Under the pieces are notes generated by a model. It was not told the DNA's origin. It saw nothing but the letters and a program-made list of their open reading frames with translations, and ran no database searches. This document shows, one piece after another, positions 1 to 12,646 of a DNA stretch of 64,000 bases (its first letter is position 1; each line of letters opens with the position of its first letter). The DNA is from Adineta vaga (Eukaryota > Animalia > Rotifera). The stretch is from the NCBI GenBank assembly GCA_021613535.1, contig CP075497.1:11036001-11100000 (forward strand). The letters are read 5' to 3'. The position numbers and the translations under genes are program-made.

Positions 1-1513
1 AATGTCTTTCAACATCGATTTGATAACGATGATCACCAGTTGCACGTAATAACCAAGCTGCAGCCCATGCTAATTCATCACCATAACCAGACCATGATTT
101 ATAGAAATTAGCAGCATTGGCAATTGAATCTGAATATGCACCACGATTTTCATTAGCAAAATCATATAATTGTCGAGCATGAGTCAATAGAATAGATGAA
201 TAAGCTGGATCAGCTGAACGAAAAACGATTGAAGCAGCAGCTAATGCAGCAGCTGTTTCACCTACTAATTCAGAACCAGGTTGTGTTCTAGTTACTTTCC
301 ATGCTGGACGTGCTTGTGTCCAGTCTTCTGGTCTACCCCAAGAAGCATGATCAGCATTACCATCACCAACTTGTCCATAGAATTCACGTTCGCTAACATG
401 TGCCTATTAGAAAGAGGAGAGAACAACAATATATATATATATATTTTTTTTTCTTCTCTTCATTGAAATAGGGTAGAAAAATCAATCTTTCGTTCGTCAA
501 TGATCATTTTATAATTTAATCTAGTCCCAAAATCTGTCTAAATTAACGTATTGTTTTCACGATTCATGAATTAATTTGAGAAACTAACCTTAATGAAATA
601 ATCAGTTGACCAACGAATTGCTTGACGCATTTGATTTAATTCACCCGATGCAATATAAGCATCTTCATAATCGATAGCACCCCAGGCTAATAATGTTGTA
701 AATCCTGCCATAGGAAAACCAAATTTAACGTAATCACCTGCATCAAAATATCCACCAGTTAAATCTTCTCCATTCTCACCTTTATCCATCAACATAGAAT
801 CACCTCTCCAACTGATACGATTATCTGCTGGAAGTTTACCAGCACGTTGAGCTTCATAGAATAGAAGTGATGCATGAAGAACACTTGCATAATTATATTT
901 GCCATCGACAACTGGTGTAACTACTGGTCCAGCTGTTGATGTTGTTGCTGGTGGGTCTGTTTCAAATGTTGGTGTACTTCCTGTTGGATTTATTGTACTT
1001 CCAGGAAGTGTTACACTTTGTGATCCCACATTAATAGGTTGACCATTGAATAGAACAGAAATAAGATTACTTGGTACAACACCACCATTGGCAACAAATT
1101 CAAAATTGAATGTTGTACCAGCTGATAATTGTGCATTCCAATCTTTATTTCGATAAATATAGATTCGATCGTCAACTTTTGAATCAAGATCACCAAGCCA
1201 TGCCTAGAATATAAAATAATAATTAGATGAGAGATACTTGATAAAATGAATGTTTGTCTTTTTTTCTTTATATTTACATCAATAGAAACGGGTTGATTGA
1301 ATCGAATCTCAAGTTTCCACCCATTATTGACTGAATTCGTAATTGGAATTTCTATGGCTGCTTGAAATCCACCAGTCCATTCATTGTCTATTCGTAAATT
1401 AGCTTGACTTACGCCAACTGCAAGCGTAAGCAAAACAACTGCACAACTGAACTAAAACACATATTGACGAGAATAAAATTTTCCAAAATACTCAACAAAC
1501 TTACCAATGTCAT
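1..1513 (-). CDS. Secreted endo-beta-1,4-glucanase (cellulase): signal peptide + CBM2 + Thr/Pro linker + GH9; 3' part runs off the window start
   Basis: 9-nt first exon (ATG ACA TTG|gtaa, 1513-1505) splices to give MTLFSCAVVLLTLAVGVSQA, then CBM2-like EWTGGFQAAIEI...GWKLEIRF. GH9 motifs SLLFYEAQRAGKLP and DLTGGYFDAGDYVKFGFPMA follow, and the exon at <=404 encodes PGSELVGETAAALAAAS and YGDELAWAAAWL. Confidence 0.93.
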
Positions 1514-1851
1514 TTGTATATCAATAACAGTGCCATTAATAATCGTTCGTATATATACGTATCATTCTTAATCTTCAGTGATTATTTTTCTCTTCAATAC
1601 AAAACATATCAATTTACACCGTGATTTGTTCCAGTGCAAGTATTATATAATTAATATTCTTCGTGACTTTTATACACCTGTGGCATCTTTATTTCGTTGA
1701 TTCTTTTTTTGAGAAGAATAATAAAACTGTAAATAGATTTCTTTTGATCGAATAGAAAACAAAGAAATATATAGAAGCATTTGTAAGAATTTCTTATTTA
1801 TTTCAAATACAAAAACAATACGAACAAGAACAAGGACATTCGTATAGAAAT

Positions 1852-2972
1852 ATGATGAAAAACGAACGTCGAGAATTTTGTTTATCACCTATATCCGTAG
1901 CAAAATCAAATCATGCAGTGAACAAAAGTTCTCGTATGATTCATTATGAAGTAAGAAAGAAAATAGATATTAAATATGATAAAGATTTTGGTTTATTTAT
2001 GTAATAGCGACCAGCAACGGCAGTGGCACCGGAGAGGCAAAGTGACACAGAAGAATATCGACGTCTTCTATTAGAAAATGATATGACTGATGCACATCAG
2101 AAAGGTTTAAGAGTATGTCGCTTATGGCAATTACTATTAATTCTTAATGTTACAATTATTTTCATAACATTTACTCTTATATTCTTACTTCTATTCATCA
2201 TTGGACCTCTGTGTAAATAGATTTGAATTGAAAAAAACGCACTGCTATATCTATTCTTTAGTTCCATATCAAACACATGGTCAATCATGTCGTACATCCC
2301 CATGTAATCTTGGACAAGGACTTGTTTGTAATACAAAATCTATCTGTGCATGTCCATCATCAAATTCTTATTGGTCACATAATGAAACTGGTTGTCGTAC
2401 GTAAACTATTTCAGTCTAAAATTCAACAAAAATATATCATATTTGCTTAGGAATTTGTCCGAATGGATGGTCTTTCATAAATGGGAAATGTATATTTATT
2501 TCTACGTTTTATTTAAATTGGACGGATGCATTTACTTATTGTAAATCATTTACAGCACAATTACTAACCTTATCACCAGTCGAACTCTATCCAAGTTTAA
2601 CATTATCACAAATAAGTAGTTTAGTTTCATCGAATACGAATTATTTTATTGGATTATCTGAACAACCTGGTGATTTGTTTGTTCTTGTTTTTCATGTTTT
2701 TTCAATGCTTTTCTTTATCGTAGGTAATTGGCAATGGGTTGATGGAAGTTTATTACTTTCATCATCAATGAATTTATTTTGTACAAATGGTTCGATCAAT
2801 CAATTTGATAATTTCTTTCGTACTTATATGAATTGTGGAATCTATCGAATGGATTCATGTTTAGCTCGTACGACATGTCAACGAGTTGATATGAATTTTA
2901 TTTGTGAAAAAAGTAAATGAAATTACTATTGAATAATATCTTCTTTCTTATTCGAATTTATTTTTAGTTTAA
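1852..2972 (+). CDS. Type II membrane C-type lectin (cytoplasmic tail, TM, Cys-rich module, CTLD), paralog 1
   Basis: Spliced exons: MMKNERREF...IHYE; TM LWQLLLILNVTIIFITFTLIFLLLFII; Cys-rich PYQTHGQSC...CACP; CTLD CPNGWSFINGKC...WTDAFTYC...WQWVDGS...FICEK. Confidence 0.8.
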
Positions 2973-3054
2973 TCAATACTTTGTTTGATTTTGAAATTAT
3001 TAAAATAGCATAAAAGAAACTATATGCATCTTGTAAGTAATTGTGTTTTTTTAG

Positions 3055-4204
3055 ATGAGTTCTGAAACAGCAGATTTAGCAGCATTTCTTCAAGATGATA
3101 AAAAAACTAATCTTATCGTGTATGAAGTAAGCTACTTGATTGAATGAATGAATCAAAAGTTTGCATGATCTGTCTAAATAGCTAGAATTTAATGAATCTG
3201 ATAATCCAAACGATAAACTTCGTGCTTATGCAAAAACTCAAGGACAACGTCCATGTCGATTATGGTTGATTCTATTTTTAGTCAATTTAGCTATTCTTAC
3301 GGTCTTTATATTCTTAATACTACTACTTTTAGTTGAAGTTGGAGCCGTGCGTAAGTAAATGAAGAAAAAAAAGAGGATTTCATCACATCCGAACAAATTG
3401 TTTTCTATTCAACAATAAAAACTAAATTGTCACGAAGAAATTACTTTGATTGCATTGTAGCTCCATACCAAACTTATGGAAAACGATGTATAGTTGGTAA
3501 ATGTGATACTAAACAAGGATTAATCTGTACAGATGATAGTAATCATTTAAAAACATGTCGATGTCCACCAGGTAATTGGTTTTGGTCCAATGGTGTTAAA
3601 TGTCGTATGTAATTCATAAGAGAATAGAAAATATTAACATTTATCGTTTTAATCAGGTGAATGTCCACCGAATTGGATTATTAGTAACGAAGGTACCAGT
3701 TGTTATTTCGTTTCACATACGAATTTAAATTTTACTGATGCCAATCTTTGGTGTATGAAAAGTCAAAGTCATCTTATTGAAATTTCTAATGAAAATATCT
3801 TTATAAGTTTACAAGAAATTAGTACACTGAAATTTAGTTTAACGAATTTATATTGGATTGGTTTACGTGAAATTGGTCCGAATAAAAGTTTGTTCGTTTT
3901 CAGCATATTTCAATAGAAAAAAATTGAAGATTTTATTGTTTATAGATATCTATCGTTGGGTTGCATCGCAATCAATGTTTTCCAGTTCGAATTATTTTTG
4001 TTCAGGTCAACCAGCACATACATATAATTATTATTTTCAACAATATGATCAATGTATTGCTTTATATATTCAATCAAATACTTCCTCATGTCTACATGAT
4101 TCAACCTGTCCAAATGCATTACCATTTATTTGTGAATTGTGTAAGAACTTGGAAGAAAATGTTCCTTTCAATTATCTACATTTTCCTCTTTTTCTTTAGA
4201 TTAA
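3055..4204 (+). CDS. Type II membrane C-type lectin, paralog 2 (tandem duplicate)
   Basis: Same exon layout as 1852-2972: MSSETADLAAF...VYE; TM CRLWLILFLVNLAIL; PYQTYGKRC...CRCP; CPPNWII...FTDANLWC...YWIGL...LPFICEL. Confidence 0.8.
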
Positions 4205-4653
4205 AAGGCTAAACGATTATCATAATATGGTGAACGCTGTTTTATTAATTACTAAAGAAATAGAAGAAAAACTTTCTAAAAGATTAAATGAATAGCAACC
4301 AATAGAAAACTGGTTTTCTTTACAAACCTGAAAAAGACTATTGATATACTTCGGCTTAGTTTTTCTAGGAGAGTACATTAAATATCTCTCTTTCAATCAA
4401 TAACATGTTGACTTCAGGAGAAAGAATTCTTTTTCTTTTCTCGATGTTAGTTCATCAAAAAGGATCTTTTTCCCAATCCATTTTTCTGCACAAATACGCT
4501 TCGTCGAATCAAACAAAAACTCTTTCTTTCTTTCTTCATTTGTTCTTTTCTATTTTCCTATCGTAACCGACAACAAGTAACGTATGCAAATATATTACTA
4601 TTTCTCAAAGAATTCTTTGTAGTAACTCTGATCAAGTAACATTAATCAATAAA

Positions 4654-5963
4654 ATGATCATCGTTTATAATAACACTCCACTGAAGATCTGTGTGGATAA
4701 CATAACGTATGATAATGCACTTCATGTAAATAATACAATATGGCATATATTTGGTTTTCTCGCTGTTGTCATTGGTATACCTGGCCATATTTTGCAAATA
4801 ATTCTATCGTTAAATAAAACGAATCGAAAAGTACCAACAGCAATGTACTTTATTGCTATTGCAATTTTTGAAACTATTTTTCTATTAGGTTTGTATAGTG
4901 ATGAAGATTACTAATGTTAATTAGAAATGTTTCGAGAATGAACTTATCATGTAGAAAATCTTCTAAATGCTTTCTAATTGTCACGTCAGGAAGTTCTTTT
5001 TCATTTTCAGTACAAGAGGTGCATTGACAAAACTATTGCAAAGAGTTTCATTGAGTTTAGTATTATCGCAATGGATAAAAAGGAAAATTACCAGTAAAAA
5101 CTTGCAATATATCTCATTTGTGATATTTCTAGCTTTATTTTGGCTATGGTGTGCGAATATGTCATGGATTCAAGTCGATCCTCGTGAAGTATTATCATGT
5201 GGTGTTTTCTATAGTATCCTAATTGGTTCAACAACACTGTCCAATCTTTATCTAGCACTTTAGCAATTGATCAAAGTATATTGATTCTTTATCCAACTCG
5301 TTATCGTTCAATCGTAACACGATCACATGTTCTCATACGGATTTTTCTCATTCTAATCATAGTTTTAATTCTTGTCATACCTCATCATTATTATTTTTAT
5401 TATAATCCACAAACTACACTGTTTCTTTGTGATTTTTATCCATCTCTTGATGGACGACGTCTACGCTTATTTTCATTAATACATGCAACATTTTGTGCAT
5501 TACACCTTCGTTAATCATTTGTATCTGTTCAGCGATTTTACTTCATAATCGTTGTAAATATAAACGAAGATATAACAATAATTTAAGTATAGGTGCACGT
5601 CGTATGCATAGAAATTCAATAATAATATTCGTTTTTTCATTTGGATTACTTTTCTCTCTATTACCATCATGTATTTTACAAGTATTTATTATTCATGATC
5701 GATTCTATTATGATGCTTTACTTTGTTCAGCTCGTTGGAAACTTTATAAAGTTTTATTACGATGTTTTTTGATCTTTTCATCAACAAATTATTCGAATAA
5801 GTTTTATATACATTTGCTTATATCCTTATCGTTTCGGCAACAGTTTATTCAATTAATAACTTGTCAATCGAAACAACAATCAAATAGACCGAATACAACT
5901 AATCAAAATGAACAATATTTACTTTCAGTTCGTGGTCAAAGAAAAGAGCAAAACATTGAATGA
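4654..5963 (+). CDS. Rhodopsin-like orphan GPCR with two apparent -1 frameshifts (pseudogene or assembly error)
   Basis: TM1 IFGFLAVVIGIPGHILQII; TM2 AMYFIAIAIFETIFLL; intron ~4889-5131; TM3-7 split over ORFs 4967-5263, 5281-5514 and 5493-5963, with breaks at T runs near 5260 and 5492; TM7 NYSNKFYIHLLISLSFRQQF. Confidence 0.75.
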
Positions 5964-6257
5964 AATAGAAAAACAGACAATGAGTAATCTCAAATGATTT
6001 ATCAAATATTTTATTATTCCTCGTGAGACTACCATATTGGCAATAGAATTTGTTAAACTTATGTTATTTTAGGTAATGTTAAATGAGATAGAAAACGAGT
6101 TTGATTGTATCTTATTTAATACGAACAATAATGATAGAGTTTATTTGAATGGACAAGTTTCTTTCGTAAAATAAACTAGCATCATCATTTAATCAAGAAT
6201 ACATCATATACATGAAGAAAAAAAGAGAAGTTGATCCAGCGTTTTTTTTTGTTTTAG

Positions 6258-8212
6258 TTATTCATTAGTTTCTTCTTCGTCATCGTCGTCCTCTTCTTCT
6301 TCTTCTTGTTCTTGTTCCTGTTCTTCATCCTCTTCTCCTTGTTGAGCATCTTCTTCTTCGTCTTCTTCTCCTCTATGTTCGACTGTCTCTTCCGCTTCTT
6401 CTTCTTCTTCTTCCTCTTCATCTTCTAGAAAATACGCAAAATAAATTTTATTTTCAATTCAAATAAACTATAACTTACCGTTCACAGTATCCAATTCTTC
6501 TTCGTTATCAAGGGCTCTCAAGCGTTTTCTCTAAAATAAAACAAAAGATTGTGTTTTTTCGATAGAAAGTGTATTTCAAGTATTCTTACTTGATTTCTTT
6601 CTTCAGATTCAAGAAAAGATCGATAACGTTGAGTTAATCGAAGATTAGCTACTTTGAATCCAGATGTCATCGGTCGACGTTTACTTAATCGTACTCTAAA
6701 TGAATTATATCCAAAGTATTTCTTCAACAATTTCCTCATTTTTTGCTTTTACCTGGTTTCTAATTCATTATAAACAATTGAATCATCTCGAAGACTAAGA
6801 AAATAATTTTCTTCATAACCACTCATTGTTTTATCCTTTCGAGTCCAATTATATTCACGGATTAATTTAAAATCATAAGTTTCATCAGCTTCATCTTGAT
6901 CTTCTCGTGAACGTTTTGCACGAGTTTCAGGTGTTGGAAGAAAATAACCAATATATTCTTTATTTTCATTATCAACTAACGCTCTAAAAGAAAGATTATA
7001 AAGAAAAACAATCAATTAACATTTCTAATTTACTTAATGACTGCTTCGGACATTTCTTCCATTTGTTCTTGTGCAGTAATATTCGGATCTTTACGTGATG
7101 GATCATCATCAAATATAACTTGAGCAAATGGATATTTCCAATTCTAAAAGAAATCATTTGTAAATCACTTATTTTTTTCAATTCAAATATATGTATTGAA
7201 TTACATCAAAATCAGGAAATAATGGCCATTCTTCTATTTTAACAACTGACGGTTTACTATAATGTTTTTCCATCTAATAAAAACGAATTATTATTTAAAA
7301 AGAATATGAAGAGAAGAATATTTACAGGCGCTTTTGCCGTTTCAAAACCTTCTTCAATCAATTCTAATATACGATCTTTTGTTAAATATTTAAGAGATTC
7401 TTCACGAAGTTTTTCTTTAACAGAACTTGATCTAAAGAAATGAATATATTTATCAATAAATAGACATTTTTATTCGAAACAATTGTTTTTACCTTGCTTC
7501 ACCTGTTTTTACAGATGATTTGATTGAAGTTTGTTCTGTTGAAATATATTCTGTTTTACGAAGCCATGGAACACTTCGTTTATTTAATAATGAACTGAAA
7601 ACAAACTATGGACTTATAACACAGATCGAATCATTATCTTTGATTACCGTTTAAGATTAGCTGGAGTTGCAGTTTCTTCTTCTAACAATCTTTCATCATC
7701 TTCTGTAAGATTTCCTGAAAAGCACAAGAGAGAAAATGATCATCTTTCGTCTAACATAAAAGAAAAGCAGACAAACAAATGATTCTTACCAGTTGGTGCA
7801 TATGCATCTGGATTAATTAAATCGATTTCTACTCCTACATCATGTTCTGTTAATAAATCCCAACGATAATTTTTTTCTAAAGATGTTGGTTTATAACGAA
7901 CAAATCTAATGTAAATATTGACTTGATGATATAATGAAAAAAGAAATCAATCTACCTGTCTTGACTGAAAGGATATCGAAGAAATTTGGGATCAAATGGA
8001 AGATCAGGTAGAACATTGGTGTAACGTACGCGACAGACAAGATCGGATCTAGACACATAAGAATGATATTTAATGGATAAAAGAAAATGAGAATAGATTT
8101 ACCGTCGATCATGTTTTTTTGCGTCACGTTCAAGTCGATTTGTTGGTACGGAAGTACCGGTAGCCGTTGAATTGGAGTTTGTCGTTGCTGGTTGAGTAAT
8201 TGGTGGTGCCAT
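6258..8212 (-). CDS. PAF1: RNA polymerase II-associated factor 1 (PAF1 complex subunit)
   Basis: MAPPITQP...[20 protein letters not shown]...[12 protein letters not shown]...[12 protein letters not shown]; [11 protein letters not shown]; [11 protein letters not shown]...GYEENYF...[14 protein letters not shown]; acidic C-terminal tail; multiple short introns. Confidence 0.95.
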
Positions 8213-8482
8213 TGATGTCAAAAAGAATGTGAAATCAAATCAAAATTACTTACTTACAAAATCAATTGAATTGATAAGTTCGAAGATGAACCAATCATAG
8301 ATTTCTTATGAGTTCAAAAGTAAAACAATCTAATTTTTTCGAAAATAGAACTATTAACAAAAGGGAATAATTATGAAAATAACTTGTAAAATTAATTCAA
8401 TAGATGTCGCTTTATATCATTTTCAGGAGATATTGATAATTCTTTTTTTTTCTTCTCATGAAAGATTGAATACATTAAAAAA

Positions 8483-9430
8483 TTACATTGATGTGTTCAT
8501 CTCTATTTCATTACTACTCGACGTAATTGTTGTATCTTCATTAATCTTTGCGTTCAAACTTTCAATACCATCAATTGCTTTGTTAATTGTAATACTTGTT
8601 CTCTTATCTGATGCATATAAATTTCTATGAATTAATAATGCTTGTCGAGCAATATTATTCACATGTTGTGTTTTAAAATGAAATGGAAAAAATTGTAAAA
8701 TAATAATAACATCACAAAGTATGGCTGCAGCAAGTTCAGCTAGCACAGAAACTTGTTCATAGATATGTGTATGATGATTAAAATAAAACCATTCTGTTGC
8801 AACAGATATTGTTGTTGTTATGGCAAATAAGTACAATGCTGATTTGATCCAAACACCTTGAAATCTTGCATATGAATCAGAAAAAAAATCGAATAATAAA
8901 AAATATGCAATCATATTTCTTGTTAAAGATGTATATTTGGTATTCATATAAACTGGTATAAAGATTGTTAATATAACTTCTAAACGTGACATAAAATGAA
9001 ATAAATGTTTATTTTCTACGACAATATGTGCTTCATATTGTTTAACAACACGACAATAGATCAAACCAGAAGTAAATAATATATCAAACAAAATAGAACA
9101 ACTATTAAATATGATATTAACAACATCTTTTTTCTTAATGTAATATAATAAATAACCGATTGTTGCTGTTTCTGTGATTGACCATAAAAATATGTAATAA
9201 ATAGTTAAAGCTTTACGTGAACGTATTGGTACACAATATTGTAAATAGGAAAAAACAATCACAATTGTTGATAGAAGACCTTCATAACTACGTTCTTCAG
9301 TTGTATTGGCGTAATGATACCAGGCATCAAATAGATAAGTTCCGGAAGAAAAAATCGGAAGAAAAATCATAGCATATAAAAAAAATCGATCTTGTCCATC
9401 TTCTGGTTCGTGTAGATCAAAGAAACCCAT
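8483..9430 (-). CDS. Intronless orphan multi-pass membrane protein (~8 TM), paralog A
   Basis: 315-aa ORF with about eight hydrophobic segments. Shares blocks KHLFHFxSRLEVILxIFIP and FFSDSYxRFQGxWIKS with 9849-10760. Confidence 0.85.
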   Translation of the reverse strand: MGFFDLHEPEDGQDRFFLYAMIFLPIFSSGTYLFDAWYHYANTTEERSYEGLLSTIVIVFSYLQYCVPIRSRKALTIYYIFLWSITETATIGYLLYYIKKKDVVNIIFNSCSILFDILFTSGLIYCRVVKQYEAHIVVENKHLFHFMSRLEVILTIFIPVYMNTKYTSLTRNMIAYFLLFDFFSDSYARFQGVWIKSALYLFAITTTISVATEWFYFNHHTHIYEQVSVLAELAAAILCDVIIILQFFPFHFKTQHVNNIARQALLIHRNLYASDKRTSITINKAIDGIESLNAKINEDTTITSSSNEIEMNTSM

Positions 9431-9848
9431 TGTTCTTTTTTTTCTCTCAGCTGAGTTTGATATTATATAGACATGATTAGATATCGATCAACACTCATTA
9501 GAATAAAATAAAAAAATGTTTTTAATACTTGATTCTTATATACGTAGAAAATAAAGTTTTATTTGCATGCAGTTTTCTTTACTTACTTAGTATCATATTA
9601 CTACATATTCTCTTTCCTTTCAAAATGTATTATCCTATGTTAAACGATTTTGTATTCGTAATGATATTCAGTTGTTACTGCTTTCGTTATTCGATGTACC
9701 GTCAATCGTGTTTTCGCAAATTGTTGTCAAAATTTTCTTATGGTACCTAATAACAATGTTATTATTTAGAGAAAAACGAATGAAATCAATTGCTAGAAAG
9801 TATATTTTATTGCTTGTTTAAACAAAATAACTAAATCTTCGTTTACAT

Positions 9849-10760
9849 TTAATCTAAAGGTACTAAATCAATAACTGTATCTTGTGAATTGATATTGTCC
9901 GCTGTTGATACAGAAGTCAAATCTATTTGTGAATCACCGCTACTCAATTGTTGAAAAAGTAAACCTTCACGAGCAATTTTTGAAATACTCATTGGTTTGA
10001 AATGATAAGGACTAAATTGAAGAATAATTAATGTGTTACATAAGATTCCAGATATTAATTCGAATGATGATGAAAGTAATTCAAAAACTTCATTGTGTTC
10101 ACTAGAATAGACCCATTCGGATGCGACACAGACAGTTACCGTACATACGAATACGTATAAATTTGATTTGATCCAAAATCCTTGAAATCGTACGTATGAA
10201 TCCGAAAAAAATTCAAATAAAAGAAAGAATGCAATCGAATGTTTTGTTAATGTAACTGACATATTATGAATAAAAAATGGAATAAAGATTGCAAGAATAA
10301 CTTCTAAACGTGAAATAAAATGAAATAGATGTTTACTTTCAACATGAAAATTTGGTTGACAACGTTCATAAGCTCGATAATAGATTAAAAGTAATGTTGT
10401 TATTAATTCTAATAGAGCCCATCCAACATACACTACAATATGAAAGTTATCTTTCTCTCGATAATAAACAACAATATAACCAATTGTACCGATTTCATTT
10501 AATGCACATAATGTTATATAAAAACAAGCAAGTGTTTTACGTGATTCAATGGGAGAACAATAACGTAAATATGTAAAAACGACAAGAACTGTAGAAACTA
10601 ATCCTTGATAACGATGAATTTCTGAATTATAAATATAATACATTGCATCGAAAACATAAGAACATTCAGCAACAATTGGTAAGATAACCATACTCCAAAG
10701 GAAGAACGTATCTTGTCCTTCATTAGGAGCTTTCAATGATAAACGAAAGTGTATTGTCAT
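9849..10760 (-). CDS. Intronless orphan multi-pass membrane protein (~8 TM), paralog B
   Basis: 303-aa ORF colinear with 8483-9430 over nearly its whole length. Confidence 0.85.
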   Translation of the reverse strand: MTIHFRLSLKAPNEGQDTFFLWSMVILPIVAECSYVFDAMYYIYNSEIHRYQGLVSTVLVVFTYLRYCSPIESRKTLACFYITLCALNEIGTIGYIVVYYREKDNFHIVVYVGWALLELITTLLLIYYRAYERCQPNFHVESKHLFHFISRLEVILAIFIPFFIHNMSVTLTKHSIAFFLLFEFFSDSYVRFQGFWIKSNLYVFVCTVTVCVASEWVYSSEHNEVFELLSSSFELISGILCNTLIILQFSPYHFKPMSISKIAREGLLFQQLSSGDSQIDLTSVSTADNINSQDTVIDLVPLD

Positions 10761-11145
10761 TTTACTGAATGATCAACAAACGTCGTGAATGAGTTGATTA
10801 TATTTAATTGTCTTACGTTGTTACAGTTCGTTGCACAATGACACGCCCGATGTATTCCGCACATCGTTATTCTAATAGAACATAAGCGATTGTTTTTGAA
10901 TCGGAGAAGAAGGAAAACAATCATACAATTGATTGTTTTTTTTATTATGAGCCGATTCAAAAATCATCTCAATTAAATAATGACTTCTATCATTAAAACT
11001 ACGGCATTCCTATCGAGTCTATTTTCATCAAAATCGAAAAAAGAATTATTATGTGACATGAAGTTTTATTCAGAGTGAGTTTCATTAGACAATTTTATAG
11101 ATAAACTTTATCAAATTAATGTCTTTTCGACTGCTTTAAAATTCA

Positions 11146-11987
11146 TTATCGTCTAAGCCATAAGACCAAGACAACAGCTACTGCGATTCCAACAGCTAGA
11201 AGTCCAATAACAAAACCAAGTAAACCCAATTTACAGCGAGGTGAACAACGTTCAGTGAGGAAACTTGATGATTTATCCGCACTAAAGATAATCAATTAAT
11301 CGATTTTATTGAAACAATTCTTGTCCTACCTCTTTATCATTTTAACGTCGGATGACGTGGTGCTGATTGTAGTATTCGCAGTTTTATTAAATGAATTATT
11401 GGGTGTCCATGGTTCACTAGGTTTACCAAACATATTATTGGATGACGTTCGTTCGATGATTTTCGTATGTGTTGTATTTGATGAGAAGCGATCGTTTGAT
11501 TTCGTATCATTGCGATTTGAGTTTGAAGATGACATCGGTATCCATTGATCAGGTGGTTTGCTGTAGTTTTGACTGCCTCTATATTGATTATTGGATGTTG
11601 TATATACAGTATTTGCTGTTGATGGTGGTGGTGGTGAATCTACCGATTTCACAGCATATGGACTGTTTTCTAATTGTGATGGTGACCATTGATCATTGGA
11701 TTTGGAATATAGATTATTTACTGAAGAACGCTCATAACCACGTGCTGATGAATTATTGAAAGAATCCATGTATGATTGTCCAGTGAATGGTGGCGGTGAA
11801 TTTGGCAAATTGGATTGTGGCATCATGCGATCGAGCGGTGGTGAACCATTCGATTCTGCTAAACTGTCAAAAAATCCTTGTGGTAGTTGTAATGGATCTT
11901 TAACTGCGCCATATGGTTGATTGGATGCCTTTCAATTAAGACATAGAAAATAGATAAATATAATGAATTGAATAGTAATCTTACCAT
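11146..11987 (-). CDS. Ser/Asn/Pro-rich disordered protein with C-terminal TM (tail-anchored-like), unknown function
   Basis: ATG-only first exon (11987-11985|gtaag), long low-complexity exon including ORF 11326-11826, and a last exon ending LGLLGFVIGLLAVGIAVAVVLVLWLRR*. Confidence 0.7.
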
Positions 11988-12646
11988 CACTGAATGAAGA
12001 ATAAAGTTCGCTTTCACTACTTTTCGGATTTATGATTGAATTGTATTATTTCATCTTAGTTATAAGATGATTGATGGAGCTTCGGCAATGCGATTATTTT
12101 TGTATGTTTTATGTACTAATTAATATACAGAATAATACTATCGGTTGCTCGACAGAAATAATAAAAACCTACGTGATCAAGAGCCAATGCGAAACCTTAC
12201 TCAACTATTTCGTTACTTGTTTTATACGCAATGAAACCTCTCGCTTTTGTGTATTCTCTTGTTTTATTGAAAAGAAAAGATTTGTTCTTAATACGAACAG
12301 ATAATGTTCATAAAACTGATCCACATATTCATGATTTATCTACTAGACAATTGAGTTGTTATAATGAACAATTTCGAACAAATATTCTCGATAAACTTAA
12401 CGAAATACAAGATAAAAATTCAACTTGAATGCAAATATGTTATTAAAAATAAATACAAAAATAATCAAGTAAATAATAACTATGAGGATGGCTTATAATG
12501 TCTATGATTGGTAGAAATTTGTCAGGTGCATTCAAAATACTTCTGAATAATCAAGAAATAATTGAAAAATACTGGCAAAAAAATAGAACGAAGTTTTCTT
12601 TCGAACAAGTATTTATTAAGATGAAAAACCAAGAAAATTTTCTTTT

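Noticed and set aside
6258-6430. TCT/TCA-rich repeats here and at 15440-15580
   Set aside because: They encode acidic tracts of PAF1 and TCF and are not independent repeat elements.
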